NCBI GenBank assembly: GCA_019244185.1
Contig: JAFATB010000026.1
Location: 1-64,000 of the forward strand
Source: Acidobacteriota bacterium
Lineage (GTDB): Bacteria > Acidobacteriota > Thermoanaerobaculia > Gp7-AA8
Length of the DNA: 64,000 nt
Direction: 5' to 3'
Position numbers and translations under genes: made by a program. Shown here piece by piece: positions 31,719-41,782 of this stretch. Under the pieces are notes generated by a model. That model was not told the DNA's origin, searched no databases, and was given only the letters and a program-made list of their open reading frames with translations. The first letter of the stretch is position 1. Each line of letters opens with the position of its first letter.

Positions 31719-31751
31719 GGAGAAGGGATCGGCGCTCGTGATTGACGGCGA

Positions 31752-32411
31752 TTACGCGAAGACTTCGCTCGCCCGCTGTCCCGACGCCGGCAGCGAACGA
31801 AAGTACGCGTTGACGTCCGTGCCGCGCAGGTCGTTCCAGTGATTGGCGTCGTGGCGGACGAGGACGTAGAGCTCGGGCGCGCAGAGCGTGCGGACGCGCG
31901 CGTGCGAGTCTTCGATGAACTTGTGGTCTTCATGCTCGCGCGTGTCGCGGAAGCGCGTGCGTTCCCACAGCTCGCGGGTGAACGTCAGCGTGCCGCCGGC
32001 GGCCCAGCCGTGGCCGGAGAAACGCAGTGCTTCGTCGTCGCCGACGCGCACGAGGAAGCAATCCCACGCGACGATGGTGTCGTCCGCATCGGACGCGCGC
32101 AGCGCGTCGACGCCGCGTTGCATGAACGCGGGGAGGTAGTAATCGTCGTCGTCGATTTTCTGCATGAAGGCGCCGCGCGAAGTTTCCGCCGCGCGATTGA
32201 GGCACGTGCCGAGGGGCGTGTCGGGATCGACGCGCAGGTAGCGAACGCCTTCGCGTCCGGCGCAGAGGTCTTCGACCGGCTCGTCGCTGCCGTCGGCGAC
32301 GACGAGCTCGCGATGCGGATACGTCTGCCGCGCGAAGCAGTCGAGCGTCCGGAGAAAAAACGCGCGGCGGTTGCGCGTGGCCACGATCCAGGAGACGAGC
32401 GGCGTGTCCAT
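31752..32411 (-). CDS. GT2 glycosyltransferase
   Basis: LVSWIVATRNR, QTYP..ELVVADG, KIDDDDYY, ED. Confidence 0.85.
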   Translation of the reverse strand: MDTPLVSWIVATRNRRAFFLRTLDCFARQTYPHRELVVADGSDEPVEDLCAGREGVRYLRVDPDTPLGTCLNRAAETSRGAFMQKIDDDDYYLPAFMQRGVDALRASDADDTIVAWDCFLVRVGDDEALRFSGHGWAAGGTLTFTRELWERTRFRDTREHEDHKFIEDSHARVRTLCAPELYVLVRHDANHWNDLRGTDVNAYFRSLPASGQRASEVFA

Positions 32412-32416
32412 TGACG

Positions 32417-34624
32417 TCAGGTGTTGGCCGCGGCGTGCATGCGCGTGGCGTTCGCGTAGGCTTCGAGCCATTCCGGGCGGAAGCCCGGCGGCGGCGCGGA
32501 CTCGCTCCAGCCGCTCGGGCTGAGGAACGTCCCCGCGTCGAAGCGCCACGTGTTTTTTCCGTGGCGGACGTAGACGAAGAGATCGCCGCGATCGTCGACA
32601 CGCAGCAGGCGCTGGCCGCGGCGCAGCGCCTGGCGGAGAAACGCCGCGTCCTCGCCGAGGTTGATTTCGGGGAAGCGGATGCCGTTGCTCCAGATCGAGC
32701 GGCGGAAGACGACCGTGCCGCCGGTGACGTCGCCGGCGAACATCGTCCGATGCAGCGAGCCGCTCACGGTCCAGTACTTTCGCTGCGGCAGCTCGAGCAC
32801 GAAACGGTTCACGAGCCCCGTGACGTCGGCGTCGCCGTTGAGAATCGGCGCGACCTGGCGCTCGAGCCGGCGGTCGCCGTACCAGTCATCGTCGTCCCAC
32901 AGCGCCACGATCTCGCCGCGCGCTTCCGAGCAGCCGACGTTGCGTTTCGCGCCGATGCTCGTGCGCTTGCCGACATGGATGTAGCGGATCGCGGGTTGCT
33001 CGGCGAGCAGCTCGCCGACGTGGTCGTCGCCGTCGTCGATCACAATCAGCTCGCGCGTCGGATACGTCTGCCGCCGGAAGCACGCCAGCGCGAGCGGGAT
33101 GAACGCGCGGCGGCGGAACGTCGGCATGACGCACGAGACCAGCGGGCGGCTCGGCGGCGAGCCGGCGGCGATGAGATCGCGCACGCGCTCCACGCGCTCG
33201 GCCGACCAGAACATGCCGCGCGTTTCTTTCGGACTGACGTTGCCCGGATGTACGGCGGCGACGAAGAGCGTCGGGTCTTTGAGATCGGCGATCTTCGCGT
33301 GACGCGTGCGCCAGAGGAACTGCGTGTCTTCGCCGACCTGCACGTCGACGAAGCGATTGCGCTCCCAGAACGCGCGGCGATAGAGCATGGTCGTGCCGGC
33401 GACCCACGTCGCCGTGCCGCCGGAGTAGCGATACAGATACGCGCTCTCGTGCGCGCGGTCGTAGAAATAGAGCACGCTGCTGCCGCAGATGTCGGCGTTG
33501 CGCTCGCGCAATGCGGCGACCTGCACGCGCACGCGCGACGGCGGATACCAGTCGTCGTCGTCGAAGTGCGCGATGAGCGCGCCGCGCGCCTGTTCGCACG
33601 CGAAGTTGCGTTTCGCGCCGACGGTGAGGCGCGAGGGGAGGCGGAAGTAGCGGATGCGCGGATCGTCGGGAATCAGATCACCGACGGCGTCGGTGCCGTC
33701 GTCGATGACCAGGAGCTCGACATTCGGATAGTCCTGCGCGAGGAAGCCGCGGATCGCGTCGGGCACGAACGCGCGCCGGTCGTGCGTCGGCATGATGCAG
33801 CTGACGAGCGGCAGGTCGGCGTCGAGCTGCGTGCCCGGCGGCGGCGCGAAGTTCGGACACGCATCGCCGCGGCAGTGCGCGCGGTAGTCGCGCTTCTCGC
33901 CGCGCAGCCGCGCGCCGCAGAACTTGTCCTGATAGCGGCGCTTGTTCGCCTCGAACCGCGCGGACTCCTCCCGCGCGCGCTGCGGCGTCACCGGCGCACG
34001 CCAGACGTACGCGCCGCAAACCCACAAGCCGTCGAAGCCCGCGCGTGCGGCGCGGACGTTGAAGTCCATCTCCCAGCACGGCCCGTTGCCATACGACTCG
34101 TCCGCGCCGCCGATCGCCTCCCACGCCTCGCGTTTCACGGCGTAGCAGAAGTCGCCGAGCGAATGGAGCGGCGCGAGCGAGCGGGTAAGCGTGCCGAAGC
34201 GGGAGGCGGCGTCGCGCGCGGTTTCGTCGACGTTCTCCGAGGTCGCGTCGCCGAACAAGCCCTGCTCGTTCCAGTGCCGGTTCGTCGACGGGCCAGCGAG
34301 ACCGGCGCGCGGCGAAGATTCGAGCGCGGCGAGGAGTTGCTCGATGCAGCGCGGGCCGACGAGCGCGCCGGGCTCGAGGAAAATCACGATTGCGGCGTCG
34401 GTGCTTCGCACGAAGCGATTGAACGCAGCGGCTCTTCCGCGGCTCTCATCCGGCAGCACGCGATGTTCGAGCGCGGTCAACGTGCGGCGTGTCTCGGCAT
34501 CCGCGCCGTCGGGGATCACGATCAGCTCGTGCGGAAGCGGCGTATTTCGCGCGATGCTGGCCAGCGTCGCCAGCAAGCGGTCGGGATCGGTCTGAACATG
34601 AGCTCCGATGGCGATCTTCTGCAT
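32417..34624 (-). CDS. Triple-domain GT2 glycosyltransferase
   Basis: Two clear VSC.MPT..IDDG..DDDDWY..GED repeats plus an N-terminal divergent GT2 domain. Confidence 0.85.
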   Translation of the reverse strand: MQKIAIGAHVQTDPDRLLATLASIARNTPLPHELIVIPDGADAETRRTLTALEHRVLPDESRGRAAAFNRFVRSTDAAIVIFLEPGALVGPRCIEQLLAALESSPRAGLAGPSTNRHWNEQGLFGDATSENVDETARDAASRFGTLTRSLAPLHSLGDFCYAVKREAWEAIGGADESYGNGPCWEMDFNVRAARAGFDGLWVCGAYVWRAPVTPQRAREESARFEANKRRYQDKFCGARLRGEKRDYRAHCRGDACPNFAPPPGTQLDADLPLVSCIMPTHDRRAFVPDAIRGFLAQDYPNVELLVIDDGTDAVGDLIPDDPRIRYFRLPSRLTVGAKRNFACEQARGALIAHFDDDDWYPPSRVRVQVAALRERNADICGSSVLYFYDRAHESAYLYRYSGGTATWVAGTTMLYRRAFWERNRFVDVQVGEDTQFLWRTRHAKIADLKDPTLFVAAVHPGNVSPKETRGMFWSAERVERVRDLIAAGSPPSRPLVSCVMPTFRRRAFIPLALACFRRQTYPTRELIVIDDGDDHVGELLAEQPAIRYIHVGKRTSIGAKRNVGCSEARGEIVALWDDDDWYGDRRLERQVAPILNGDADVTGLVNRFVLELPQRKYWTVSGSLHRTMFAGDVTGGTVVFRRSIWSNGIRFPEINLGEDAAFLRQALRRGQRLLRVDDRGDLFVYVRHGKNTWRFDAGTFLSPSGWSESAPPPGFRPEWLEAYANATRMHAAANT

Positions 34625-34642
34625 GGCCGTTCGTTCCGTCCA

Positions 34643-35362
34643 TCAGGTGAAAAAAAGAACGTCGCACGTTGGCGAGCCCGCCGCGCCGCGGCGGAACGTG
34701 AACTCGAATAGCGCGTACAGCGACACGAGATCGGCGAGACCGCGGGAGCGTGACAGCATCACCTGTGGAACGAAGTCGACGAAGCCTCGCCAGAACAGTG
34801 CATGCGCGGTCACCGCGGGCAATCCGCGCACATCGCGCAACAGCGCGCCGAAGACGCTCGAGCTGTCGACGGGGAGGTCACCTGCGAGCGTCTCCGTGAA
34901 GGGCTCAGCGGCTTCGAACGTCGAGGTGTCGCCGGCTGCACGGCGTTCCCATTCCGGTGCGCACGACGGGTTGCCGGCGATGAGGTCGTGATGGATCTGC
35001 TGCGCGGGAGAGCCATCCACCGCCACTTCGCGGAGGAAATACTGAAAGAGAAAGCGCTCCGCCATTTCGTCGATGGGGTAGGCGATGAAGCGCCTGCATG
35101 GCGTGTCGGGTGCGAAGCAGTCGGCGCAGTCGCCGGCGGCCTGCTCGAACTCGTTCAACGTCTCGACGAGCGAGAGATACGAAACCTCGGCGTCACTCTC
35201 GCCCGGCACCTGCAGCACGAACGTTTCCCGCTGTTTTGGGTCCGGCACCATGCTTTCCGCGGCGCGGCGATAGGCCTGCAGCTTCATCACGCCGGCCCAC
35301 TCTTCCTCCGACATCTGGGCCTGCAGTCCGCAGCCGAACCAACTGATCACGTCGATTCCCAA
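34643..35362 (-). CDS. Hypothetical protein, candidate immunity protein (CxxC-x6-C)
   Basis: AGGAGG RBS before TTG; second gene downstream of the toxin; atypical codon usage. Confidence 0.6.
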   Translation of the reverse strand: MGIDVISWFGCGLQAQMSEEEWAGVMKLQAYRRAAESMVPDPKQRETFVLQVPGESDAEVSYLSLVETLNEFEQAAGDCADCFAPDTPCRRFIAYPIDEMAERFLFQYFLREVAVDGSPAQQIHHDLIAGNPSCAPEWERRAAGDTSTFEAAEPFTETLAGDLPVDSSSVFGALLRDVRGLPAVTAHALFWRGFVDFVPQVMLSRSRGLADLVSLYALFEFTFRRGAAGSPTCDVLFFT

Positions 35363-35370
35363 CGTTCCTC

Positions 35371-36378
35371 CTACTGTTCCACCGTCAGCTCGTTGCGGCA
35401 GCCGATGCCGCGGAGTTGCTGGCGCGCACAGTCCCACGCGGCGTCGACGCGCTGCCGCAGAAACTGCTCGTGCTCCTTCGCGAGTGCGATCGTGGGGGCC
35501 AGTTGCAAAACGGTCGTGCACGTGCCGCCCGCCAGTGCCTTTTTGATCGAGCTCGCGTTTTTACGGCGCGCCGGTCGCAGGAGCTCGGCGGTCAGATGTT
35601 TCGAAAGGAAGCGAGTGACCGGCGCGGCGGGATCGCACCCCGCGTCGAAGGTTCCCTCGCCGGAGATCTCCAATTGCAACGAGCACGCGGTGTCGTCGAT
35701 GCCTTCCAGTCGCGGGCCATCGCAGGTGAAACGAGGTTGGTCGCCGGCGAACAAGAGCTCGTCCGTGACCGCGAGACGATCGTGCAGTAATTCGCGAGCG
35801 GTGGTTTTGGCGCGGCGCGCGATGGTTGCGAGCGCGCAGACGAGCGGCGCGACCGTCACGGCATCGCGGCGCACGAGATTGCTCTGAACGGCGAGCGCCA
35901 CCGCATTCGCGGCCATTTCCACTTGCCCCGGCTCGGTGCGGAGAAGCGACAGCATCTCGAACAGGTACACCTGTTCGGTCTCGCGATACGGGCGCGCGAG
36001 CGCTGCCTCGATCCAGCGTTGCCGTTCGTCTTTTCCGCGCGTCATCGCGACGGCGAGACCGGCCATCGTGACGTCGATGCTCTCCGCGGCCTGATCGATG
36101 GGCGGATCGAGCTTCCGCAGTTCGTCCGACGCATCGCGCCCGGCCAGCTCGCGGAAGGCGAGCAGTTCGATGTGGTCGACCGCGGAAGCGCCTTCCTGCG
36201 CAACCGCCTCTTCTGCCGCCGCTTCGTTCCAGCCTGCCGGCAGCGGCTCCGATTGTCCGGTGAGCACGCGAAACGCGGCCATCGCGAAAAGGTTCCACGT
36301 CTGCGGCGCGGTGGCCGGCTTGACGACCTTTTCGAATCCGGTGGCCAGCTTCGCGATCAGCTCTTTTTTTCGTTTCAT
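35371..36378 (-). CDS. Hypothetical helical protein, candidate immunity protein
   Basis: TGATG coupling to the toxin stop codon; atypical codon usage. Confidence 0.6.
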   Translation of the reverse strand: MKRKKELIAKLATGFEKVVKPATAPQTWNLFAMAAFRVLTGQSEPLPAGWNEAAAEEAVAQEGASAVDHIELLAFRELAGRDASDELRKLDPPIDQAAESIDVTMAGLAVAMTRGKDERQRWIEAALARPYRETEQVYLFEMLSLLRTEPGQVEMAANAVALAVQSNLVRRDAVTVAPLVCALATIARRAKTTARELLHDRLAVTDELLFAGDQPRFTCDGPRLEGIDDTACSLQLEISGEGTFDAGCDPAAPVTRFLSKHLTAELLRPARRKNASSIKKALAGGTCTTVLQLAPTIALAKEHEQFLRQRVDAAWDCARQQLRGIGCRNELTVEQ

Positions 36379-39300
36379 CAATTTGCCTTCGTCTTGATTT
36401 CGGCATCGCGGATGTTCGCCGCGACCGCGCCGCGGGCGCTGCGGAGCCGCGCCACGAGCGCCTGCAGCAACGCGACCGCCGCCGCTTTTGCGTCATCGGA
36501 GAATTTTGCGTTCCTGCGCATCTCCACGGTGATCTGCAACGTTCCTGCTTGCCCGCTCTTCAGCTGAGCGACGATCGCGGCGATCTCCGGCGGCATGTCT
36601 TCGCCAATGATGCCGAGCATCTTCGCGAAATTCTTGTCGAAGTTCTCCGTGATTCCGGAGAGCTTGTTTTCCAGCGGCTTGCCGCGTTCGAGCGCGGCGG
36701 TGCCGGCCACGATTGCGGCGGCATTCGCTTTCAGCGCCTCGATTGGCTTGCCGTGGCCGACCGGAACGGGGATGGCCTTCTTTCCGGCGGGGATGCCGGT
36801 GTTGCCGCTGCGGCGGGCGATGATGGGCATGGTCTTGTTGAGCTTCGCGCCGCCTTTGAGCTCGAAGATTTCCAGCATGTACGTCTCGTTGCCGGCGGCG
36901 TCGCGGATGATGTGCAGAAACGCGGCGTCGATGCCTTTGCCGCTCTGTGCATCTCCGCCCTTCGTCGGCAACACGATTCCGCCGCCGGCCGCCGCGAGCA
37001 CCTGCAACTCGGCGCGCTTGACGGCTTCGATGGCATCGCCGACCGCCGTGTTCGTGCCCTTCGCTTTGATCACCGCATCGAGCTGCGCGACGGCGTCCGC
37101 CAGCTCCTTCTCGGCGACGTCTTTCGCTTTCTTCAGCTTGTCTGCCACCGACGTGAGGTTGAGCGCCTCGGTCGTCTCGGTCTTTTCCGGATTGACCTTG
37201 CCACGAACGCCCCACTTCTTTCCCTGCTCCACCAGCTCGAGCGACTGCAGCCCGTAGCGGATGCGGATGGCGGCGAGGATCGGCTTGAGGATCTTGCTGC
37301 CCACGCCTTTACCCGCGAAGCGCGCAACCGCGCCTTTCGAAGCCTGCATGGCGTCGTCGAGCTGTTTCTGTTTCGCCTCGGGCGCCGTACCCCCCTTCCC
37401 GAACAGCTTCTTTACGAACGCCACGATCTTTGCGATGGCCTTGTCGATCGCGGCGTCGACCTTCGCCTGCACTTTGGCGATGAAGTCGCGGATCTTCTGG
37501 GCGATGCCGCCGAGGCCGATCAGTCGGGCGAGGAAGCCGATGAGGATCGGGACGGCGTTGCCGAGAGCTTGTTCGACGCGCTTGATGGCGCCGCCGATGG
37601 CGCCGGTGGCGATGGCGTGGATCGAGTTGATGACGCTCTCGACGAACTCCATGATCTGCGCGGCGCGCTCGACCACGAACATGACGATGTTGTAGATCGC
37701 CATGATGGCCTGCACGATGGCGCCGGCCGGGTTGAACATCGAGAGGATCTTCGTCACGGCCTGCTTGACGATCGTGTCGATGATCCACGTCTTGATGGCC
37801 TCGATGACCATGTCCTTGAGGTTCGACAGGTCGGTCTTGACCTGTTCCCACAGCGCCGCGGGGCCGCCGCGGATGAGGATCAGGACGTACTCGATCACCT
37901 TCTCGATGATCTTCATGTTCCGCTCGCCGATGAGCTTCACGGCCTTCGCGCGCATGCTCGCCGCGCTGATGCCGAGGACGCCCATGACGAGCTTGAAGAT
38001 CGAGACGAGCGAGAGGTCCGCGGGGATCTCGACGCCCGGCGGGAGGTTGCCGAACAGCCATTTCTTGAAGCCGTTCGAAAGGTGCTGCTTGATGTTGCCG
38101 ACGAAGGCGCTGATGCCGCCCTTCACGGCGCTGATCAGATTGCCGAGGAAGCCGAGCGGGTCGGCGATGATCAGCTTGATCGTGTCCTCGCCCTTCTGGA
38201 GGATCGCCTGCAGCCGCGCCTTGAACTCGAGGATGGCCTTGAGCACTTCGCCGAGTTTTTCGGCGAACGCCTGCACGAGTCCCTTGTTCTCGTCCTGAAT
38301 CGCCTTGAGCGCTTCGTTGGCTTTGTCGAAGCCCTCCTTGTATTTCTGGGCGAGCGACTGCGCGAGGGAGTTCTTCTTCTCCTCGATCCCTTTCTCGAGC
38401 TCCTGGAAGCGGTTGTTGACGTCGGACGCGGCCTGCTGCGCGAACTGCTGCAGGTCTTTCGGCTGACTGGCGACGTACGCTTTAATGTCGGCCTGACCCT
38501 TCGCGACTTCCTGCTTCGCTTCCTTGAGCCGCTGCTCGACGAGGTTCGCCACGCGCACGATGAGCGCGTCCATCAGCCCCTGGAAGAGCGCGCGTCCCGC
38601 GTCGTAGATGACGTTCACTTCATCGGGCAGACCTTTGAACTGATCGCGGACCCACGCGGCGAGGCCGAGGAGCGGAATGGAGAGGTAGCGGCGGATCTTG
38701 AAGTCGCGGATCTTCGCGTTGACGAAGTTCGTCATCGCGGTGAGGGCCGCATCGACGCCGCGGTCGAAGATGCCGTTCACTTCGCCGTCGATGGCGGCGA
38801 GCTTCGCGTCGACGCGCGCCTTGGTGGCGTTGTAGATCGACTCGATCTTGTCGGTGACTTCCTTGCGCTTGGCCTCGTCTTTCGCTTTCTGTTGCTGCTG
38901 GCGGGTGAGGACTTTCGCGTTACCGCCGGCTTTCACGCCGACCATCGCGGCGGCGCCCGCGCGCGTGGCGCTCGTCGCGCCGGAGACGGTCGCGGTGAGC
39001 GTGGCTTTCTCGGCGGCGCGGTATTTTCCGGGACCGCTGTCGGCGTTCTGCGCGACCTGGGTCTTCGCGTCGAGCACGGCGGAGAAGCGCGGATCGTTCG
39101 CCTTCTTGAGCTGCGTCGGCGTGACTTCCGCGTCTTTCAGCTGCGCGTCGGTGTCCTGCTTCGAATCCTGGAGCGAGACGTCGGCGTCGCTCTTCGGCGC
39201 CGGCATGCCTTCGGCGGAGTTGACGTTCGGCGCGGGCGGCGCGCCTTCAGGCGGCAGCGGCTTCTCGGCCTTCGCGTCGCCGGACGGCGCGGGCGCCGCT

Positions 39301-39713
39301 TTCGACGCGCCGGAAACGTCCTGCGTCGACTTGTCTTTCTGCTGCGAGACGTTGCCTTTGAGACCGCCTTTCATCTGCTGCGCGGTCTGGTCGAAGTTCT
39401 CGGTCTCGCCGAGGTTCTTCGGCATCGCCTTCGCGATCTCGGCGCGGAGGATGGCCAGGAAGGAGCTCTGTTCGGGCTTGCCTTCCTTCGCCTCTTTGAT
39501 CTTGTCGACCTGCTTCGCCTTGCCGCCGGCGAGCTTCTCGTTCGGCGGACCTTTCGACGCGGCCGCGGCGTCGGCGGCTTTCTTCGAGGCCGGCGGATGC
39601 GTCTTCGTTTTCGCCGCGCCTTGTTTGAGCTGCTCCATGACGCGCCGGTAGCGCGGATCGGATTCCGGCGACGGCTTCGGCAGCGGCTTGCGGCGAAGAG
39701 CGGCTCCGGGCAT
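36378..39713 (-). CDS. Large eCIS-associated polymorphic toxin with putative PD-(D/E)xK nuclease C-terminus
   Basis: Lys/Ala-rich N-terminus, long helical body with DPLGFLGNL and SMFNPAGAIVQAI, VNP junction, then GID...IFELKGG. Confidence 0.7.
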   Translation of the reverse strand: MPGAALRRKPLPKPSPESDPRYRRVMEQLKQGAAKTKTHPPASKKAADAAAASKGPPNEKLAGGKAKQVDKIKEAKEGKPEQSSFLAILRAEIAKAMPKNLGETENFDQTAQQMKGGLKGNVSQQKDKSTQDVSGASKAAPAPSGDAKAEKPLPPEGAPPAPNVNSAEGMPAPKSDADVSLQDSKQDTDAQLKDAEVTPTQLKKANDPRFSAVLDAKTQVAQNADSGPGKYRAAEKATLTATVSGATSATRAGAAAMVGVKAGGNAKVLTRQQQQKAKDEAKRKEVTDKIESIYNATKARVDAKLAAIDGEVNGIFDRGVDAALTAMTNFVNAKIRDFKIRRYLSIPLLGLAAWVRDQFKGLPDEVNVIYDAGRALFQGLMDALIVRVANLVEQRLKEAKQEVAKGQADIKAYVASQPKDLQQFAQQAASDVNNRFQELEKGIEEKKNSLAQSLAQKYKEGFDKANEALKAIQDENKGLVQAFAEKLGEVLKAILEFKARLQAILQKGEDTIKLIIADPLGFLGNLISAVKGGISAFVGNIKQHLSNGFKKWLFGNLPPGVEIPADLSLVSIFKLVMGVLGISAASMRAKAVKLIGERNMKIIEKVIEYVLILIRGGPAALWEQVKTDLSNLKDMVIEAIKTWIIDTIVKQAVTKILSMFNPAGAIVQAIMAIYNIVMFVVERAAQIMEFVESVINSIHAIATGAIGGAIKRVEQALGNAVPILIGFLARLIGLGGIAQKIRDFIAKVQAKVDAAIDKAIAKIVAFVKKLFGKGGTAPEAKQKQLDDAMQASKGAVARFAGKGVGSKILKPILAAIRIRYGLQSLELVEQGKKWGVRGKVNPEKTETTEALNLTSVADKLKKAKDVAEKELADAVAQLDAVIKAKGTNTAVGDAIEAVKRAELQVLAAAGGGIVLPTKGGDAQSGKGIDAAFLHIIRDAAGNETYMLEIFELKGGAKLNKTMPIIARRSGNTGIPAGKKAIPVPVGHGKPIEALKANAAAIVAGTAALERGKPLENKLSGITENFDKNFAKMLGIIGEDMPPEIAAIVAQLKSGQAGTLQITVEMRRNAKFSDDAKAAAVALLQALVARLRSARGAVAANIRDAEIKTKAN

Positions 39714-39715
39714 GG

Positions 39716-41782
39716 TCAGGTTCCTGGCGGGAGCGGGCAGACCGCGCCGCTCTTGCGATACTCGCGTTGCAGGCCGCTGGCGACGTCGCGCGTGGCGACG
39801 CGGCGGCCGTCGTCGAGCGCGAGGAGCGACGCGTGCAGGACGGCGTTGCGGATCTGACCGCCGGTGAGCTCGCAGCGCACGGCTGCGTCCTGCAGCCACG
39901 CGTGCTCGACGTCGTGTTCGAGCGGCAGATGCAGTTGCCAGATCGTCCAGCGGTCGTGCGGGTCGGGCATGTGGAAGTCGACGACGACATCCATGCGGCG
40001 CTGAAATGCGGAGTCGATCCGATTCGCGGCGTTGGTCGTGACCACGAGCACGCCTTCGAACGATTCGAGGCGCTGCAGGAGGAAGTTCGTCTCGAGATTC
40101 GCGTAGCGATCGTTCGAGCTCTGCACCGCGGTGCGGCTCGTGAGCAGCGCGTCGCCTTCGTCGAGCAGCAGCACGACGTCGAGCTCCTCGGCGCGCGAGA
40201 AGAGTTGATCAAGGCTCTTCTCCGTTTCGCCGATGTACTTGTTGACGACCGACGCGAGGTCGAGACGATAGAGATCCATCTGCAGCGTCGACGCGAGGAT
40301 GCGCGCGGCCATGGTTTTGCCCGTGCCGCTCGGCCCCGCGAAAAGCGCGCGCACGCCGCAGTTGAGCTGTCGCGCGAGCGCGCGTCCGACGTGCTCGCGC
40401 AATGCCTCGCGGTTGCGGCAGCGCGTCTCGAGGTTGCGCAGCTCACCCAATGTCGATTCGGAGGCGCCGATGCTTTCCCAGCCGCCGGACGCGGGGAGCA
40501 GCGTCGCCAGCGTTTCGAGCTCGCGATGCATCGAGCGTCCGGCGACGCGCACGTCGTCCGGCGTGATGCGCGTGCGCTCGTCGAGCAATGCGTACGAGCG
40601 CGCGAGCGCTGCGGCGGAGCGGATGTTGCCGCTGGTCATGCGGAAGCGGCGCGCGAGATGCTCGACGTCCTCGGCATCGTGCGCGTCGACGGACTGCTCC
40701 CACAGCGCGCGTCGTTCGTGCGCATCGGGCATGTCGACGTTGATCGTGATCGCGCCGTCGACCGCTCGTCCGGAGACGGCGCCGTGCTTGCCGAGAACGA
40801 CGGCGATGGGGCCGTCGTAGCCGCGCAGCGGCGGGACGTCGGCGGTCTCGCCGAGCCCGAGGTCGAGGACGAGCATCGGGATTGCGTGCGCGAGCGTGGC
40901 CAGCGCGCCGGCGATGGCGACGCGCGCGTCGTCCAAACGCAACGGTCCGCGCAGCTCGAGCACGCCGCGGCCGAGCGCGGCGGCGATCGCGCGCACGAGC
41001 GTGCGGCGCCCGTTGTGGCGCGGGCCGCGCACGATGAACGCGCGCACGTCGCCGGAGGCGAGGAGCGCCGGCGCGGCGGCGGCGGCGCGGCGCGTGTTCG
41101 CGGGAAGCACGAGCGCGTCGAGACTTCCGAGCTCGTGCGGCGGAATGTAGGTGAGGCCGGGCGCGGGCGCGCGCAAGATGTCGCCGCGGATCGCGTCCCA
41201 CACCGCGGGCAGGCTTTGAAAGACCCACTGCAAGCGCGGCGCGTCGGCGTTGATGACCTGAATGAGGCCGTTGTCGAGGAGCACGCGGATGCATTCGCGC
41301 ACGGGCGCGACGTCATCGCCGCCGCGCCACCACGCGGTGAGCAGGCCGAGCGTCGGACGATGCTGCTGCGGCGTCACCGGCTGCGCGCATTCGATGACGA
41401 AGCCGAAGCGCGGGTCTTCTTCGATGAGGCCGATGGCGAAGAGCAGCGTGAGGTCGCGGTCGTCGAGGTCGAGCGCGTGCCGCAGCGCGCGGATGGGGAG
41501 ATGCGCGTCGACGCCGAGCTCCCACTGGCGGACGCGCGCGAGCCAGTCGTGCGCGGGTGTCGTTGGCGTCGCGCCGAGCGTTTCGAGCTCGTCGAGATAG
41601 GCGCGGAGAAATGGGAACTGTTCGATGACCTCGTCGAGTCCGCCGAGGTTGTGCGCGAGCTGGTCGACGACATGCAGGACCGCGCCGAGGAAGCAGAGCT
41701 TGAAGTGCGCGGCCGCGTTGCGCGGGAGCGTGGCGAAGGTGCCGGCGGACGCGTGCGCGTCAATCGAAGTGGAAGGCGACAT
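39716..41782 (-). CDS. eCIS AAA+ ATPase (Afp15-like)
   Basis: GPSGTGKT, VVNKYIGETEK, LLDEGD, DRYANLETNFLLQRLE, AFQRR; degenerate first AAA domain. Confidence 0.9.
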   Translation of the reverse strand: MSPSTSIDAHASAGTFATLPRNAAAHFKLCFLGAVLHVVDQLAHNLGGLDEVIEQFPFLRAYLDELETLGATPTTPAHDWLARVRQWELGVDAHLPIRALRHALDLDDRDLTLLFAIGLIEEDPRFGFVIECAQPVTPQQHRPTLGLLTAWWRGGDDVAPVRECIRVLLDNGLIQVINADAPRLQWVFQSLPAVWDAIRGDILRAPAPGLTYIPPHELGSLDALVLPANTRRAAAAAPALLASGDVRAFIVRGPRHNGRRTLVRAIAAALGRGVLELRGPLRLDDARVAIAGALATLAHAIPMLVLDLGLGETADVPPLRGYDGPIAVVLGKHGAVSGRAVDGAITINVDMPDAHERRALWEQSVDAHDAEDVEHLARRFRMTSGNIRSAAALARSYALLDERTRITPDDVRVAGRSMHRELETLATLLPASGGWESIGASESTLGELRNLETRCRNREALREHVGRALARQLNCGVRALFAGPSGTGKTMAARILASTLQMDLYRLDLASVVNKYIGETEKSLDQLFSRAEELDVVLLLDEGDALLTSRTAVQSSNDRYANLETNFLLQRLESFEGVLVVTTNAANRIDSAFQRRMDVVVDFHMPDPHDRWTIWQLHLPLEHDVEHAWLQDAAVRCELTGGQIRNAVLHASLLALDDGRRVATRDVASGLQREYRKSGAVCPLPPGT

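Noticed and set aside
36549-39857. 1102-aa plus-strand ORF and many other long antisense or alternate-frame ORFs (e.g. 7282..9912, 18759..20951, 32411..34711, 49427..51853)
   Set aside because: Shadow ORFs expected at high GC3; Arg/Ala-rich, without motifs, and opposite well-supported genes.
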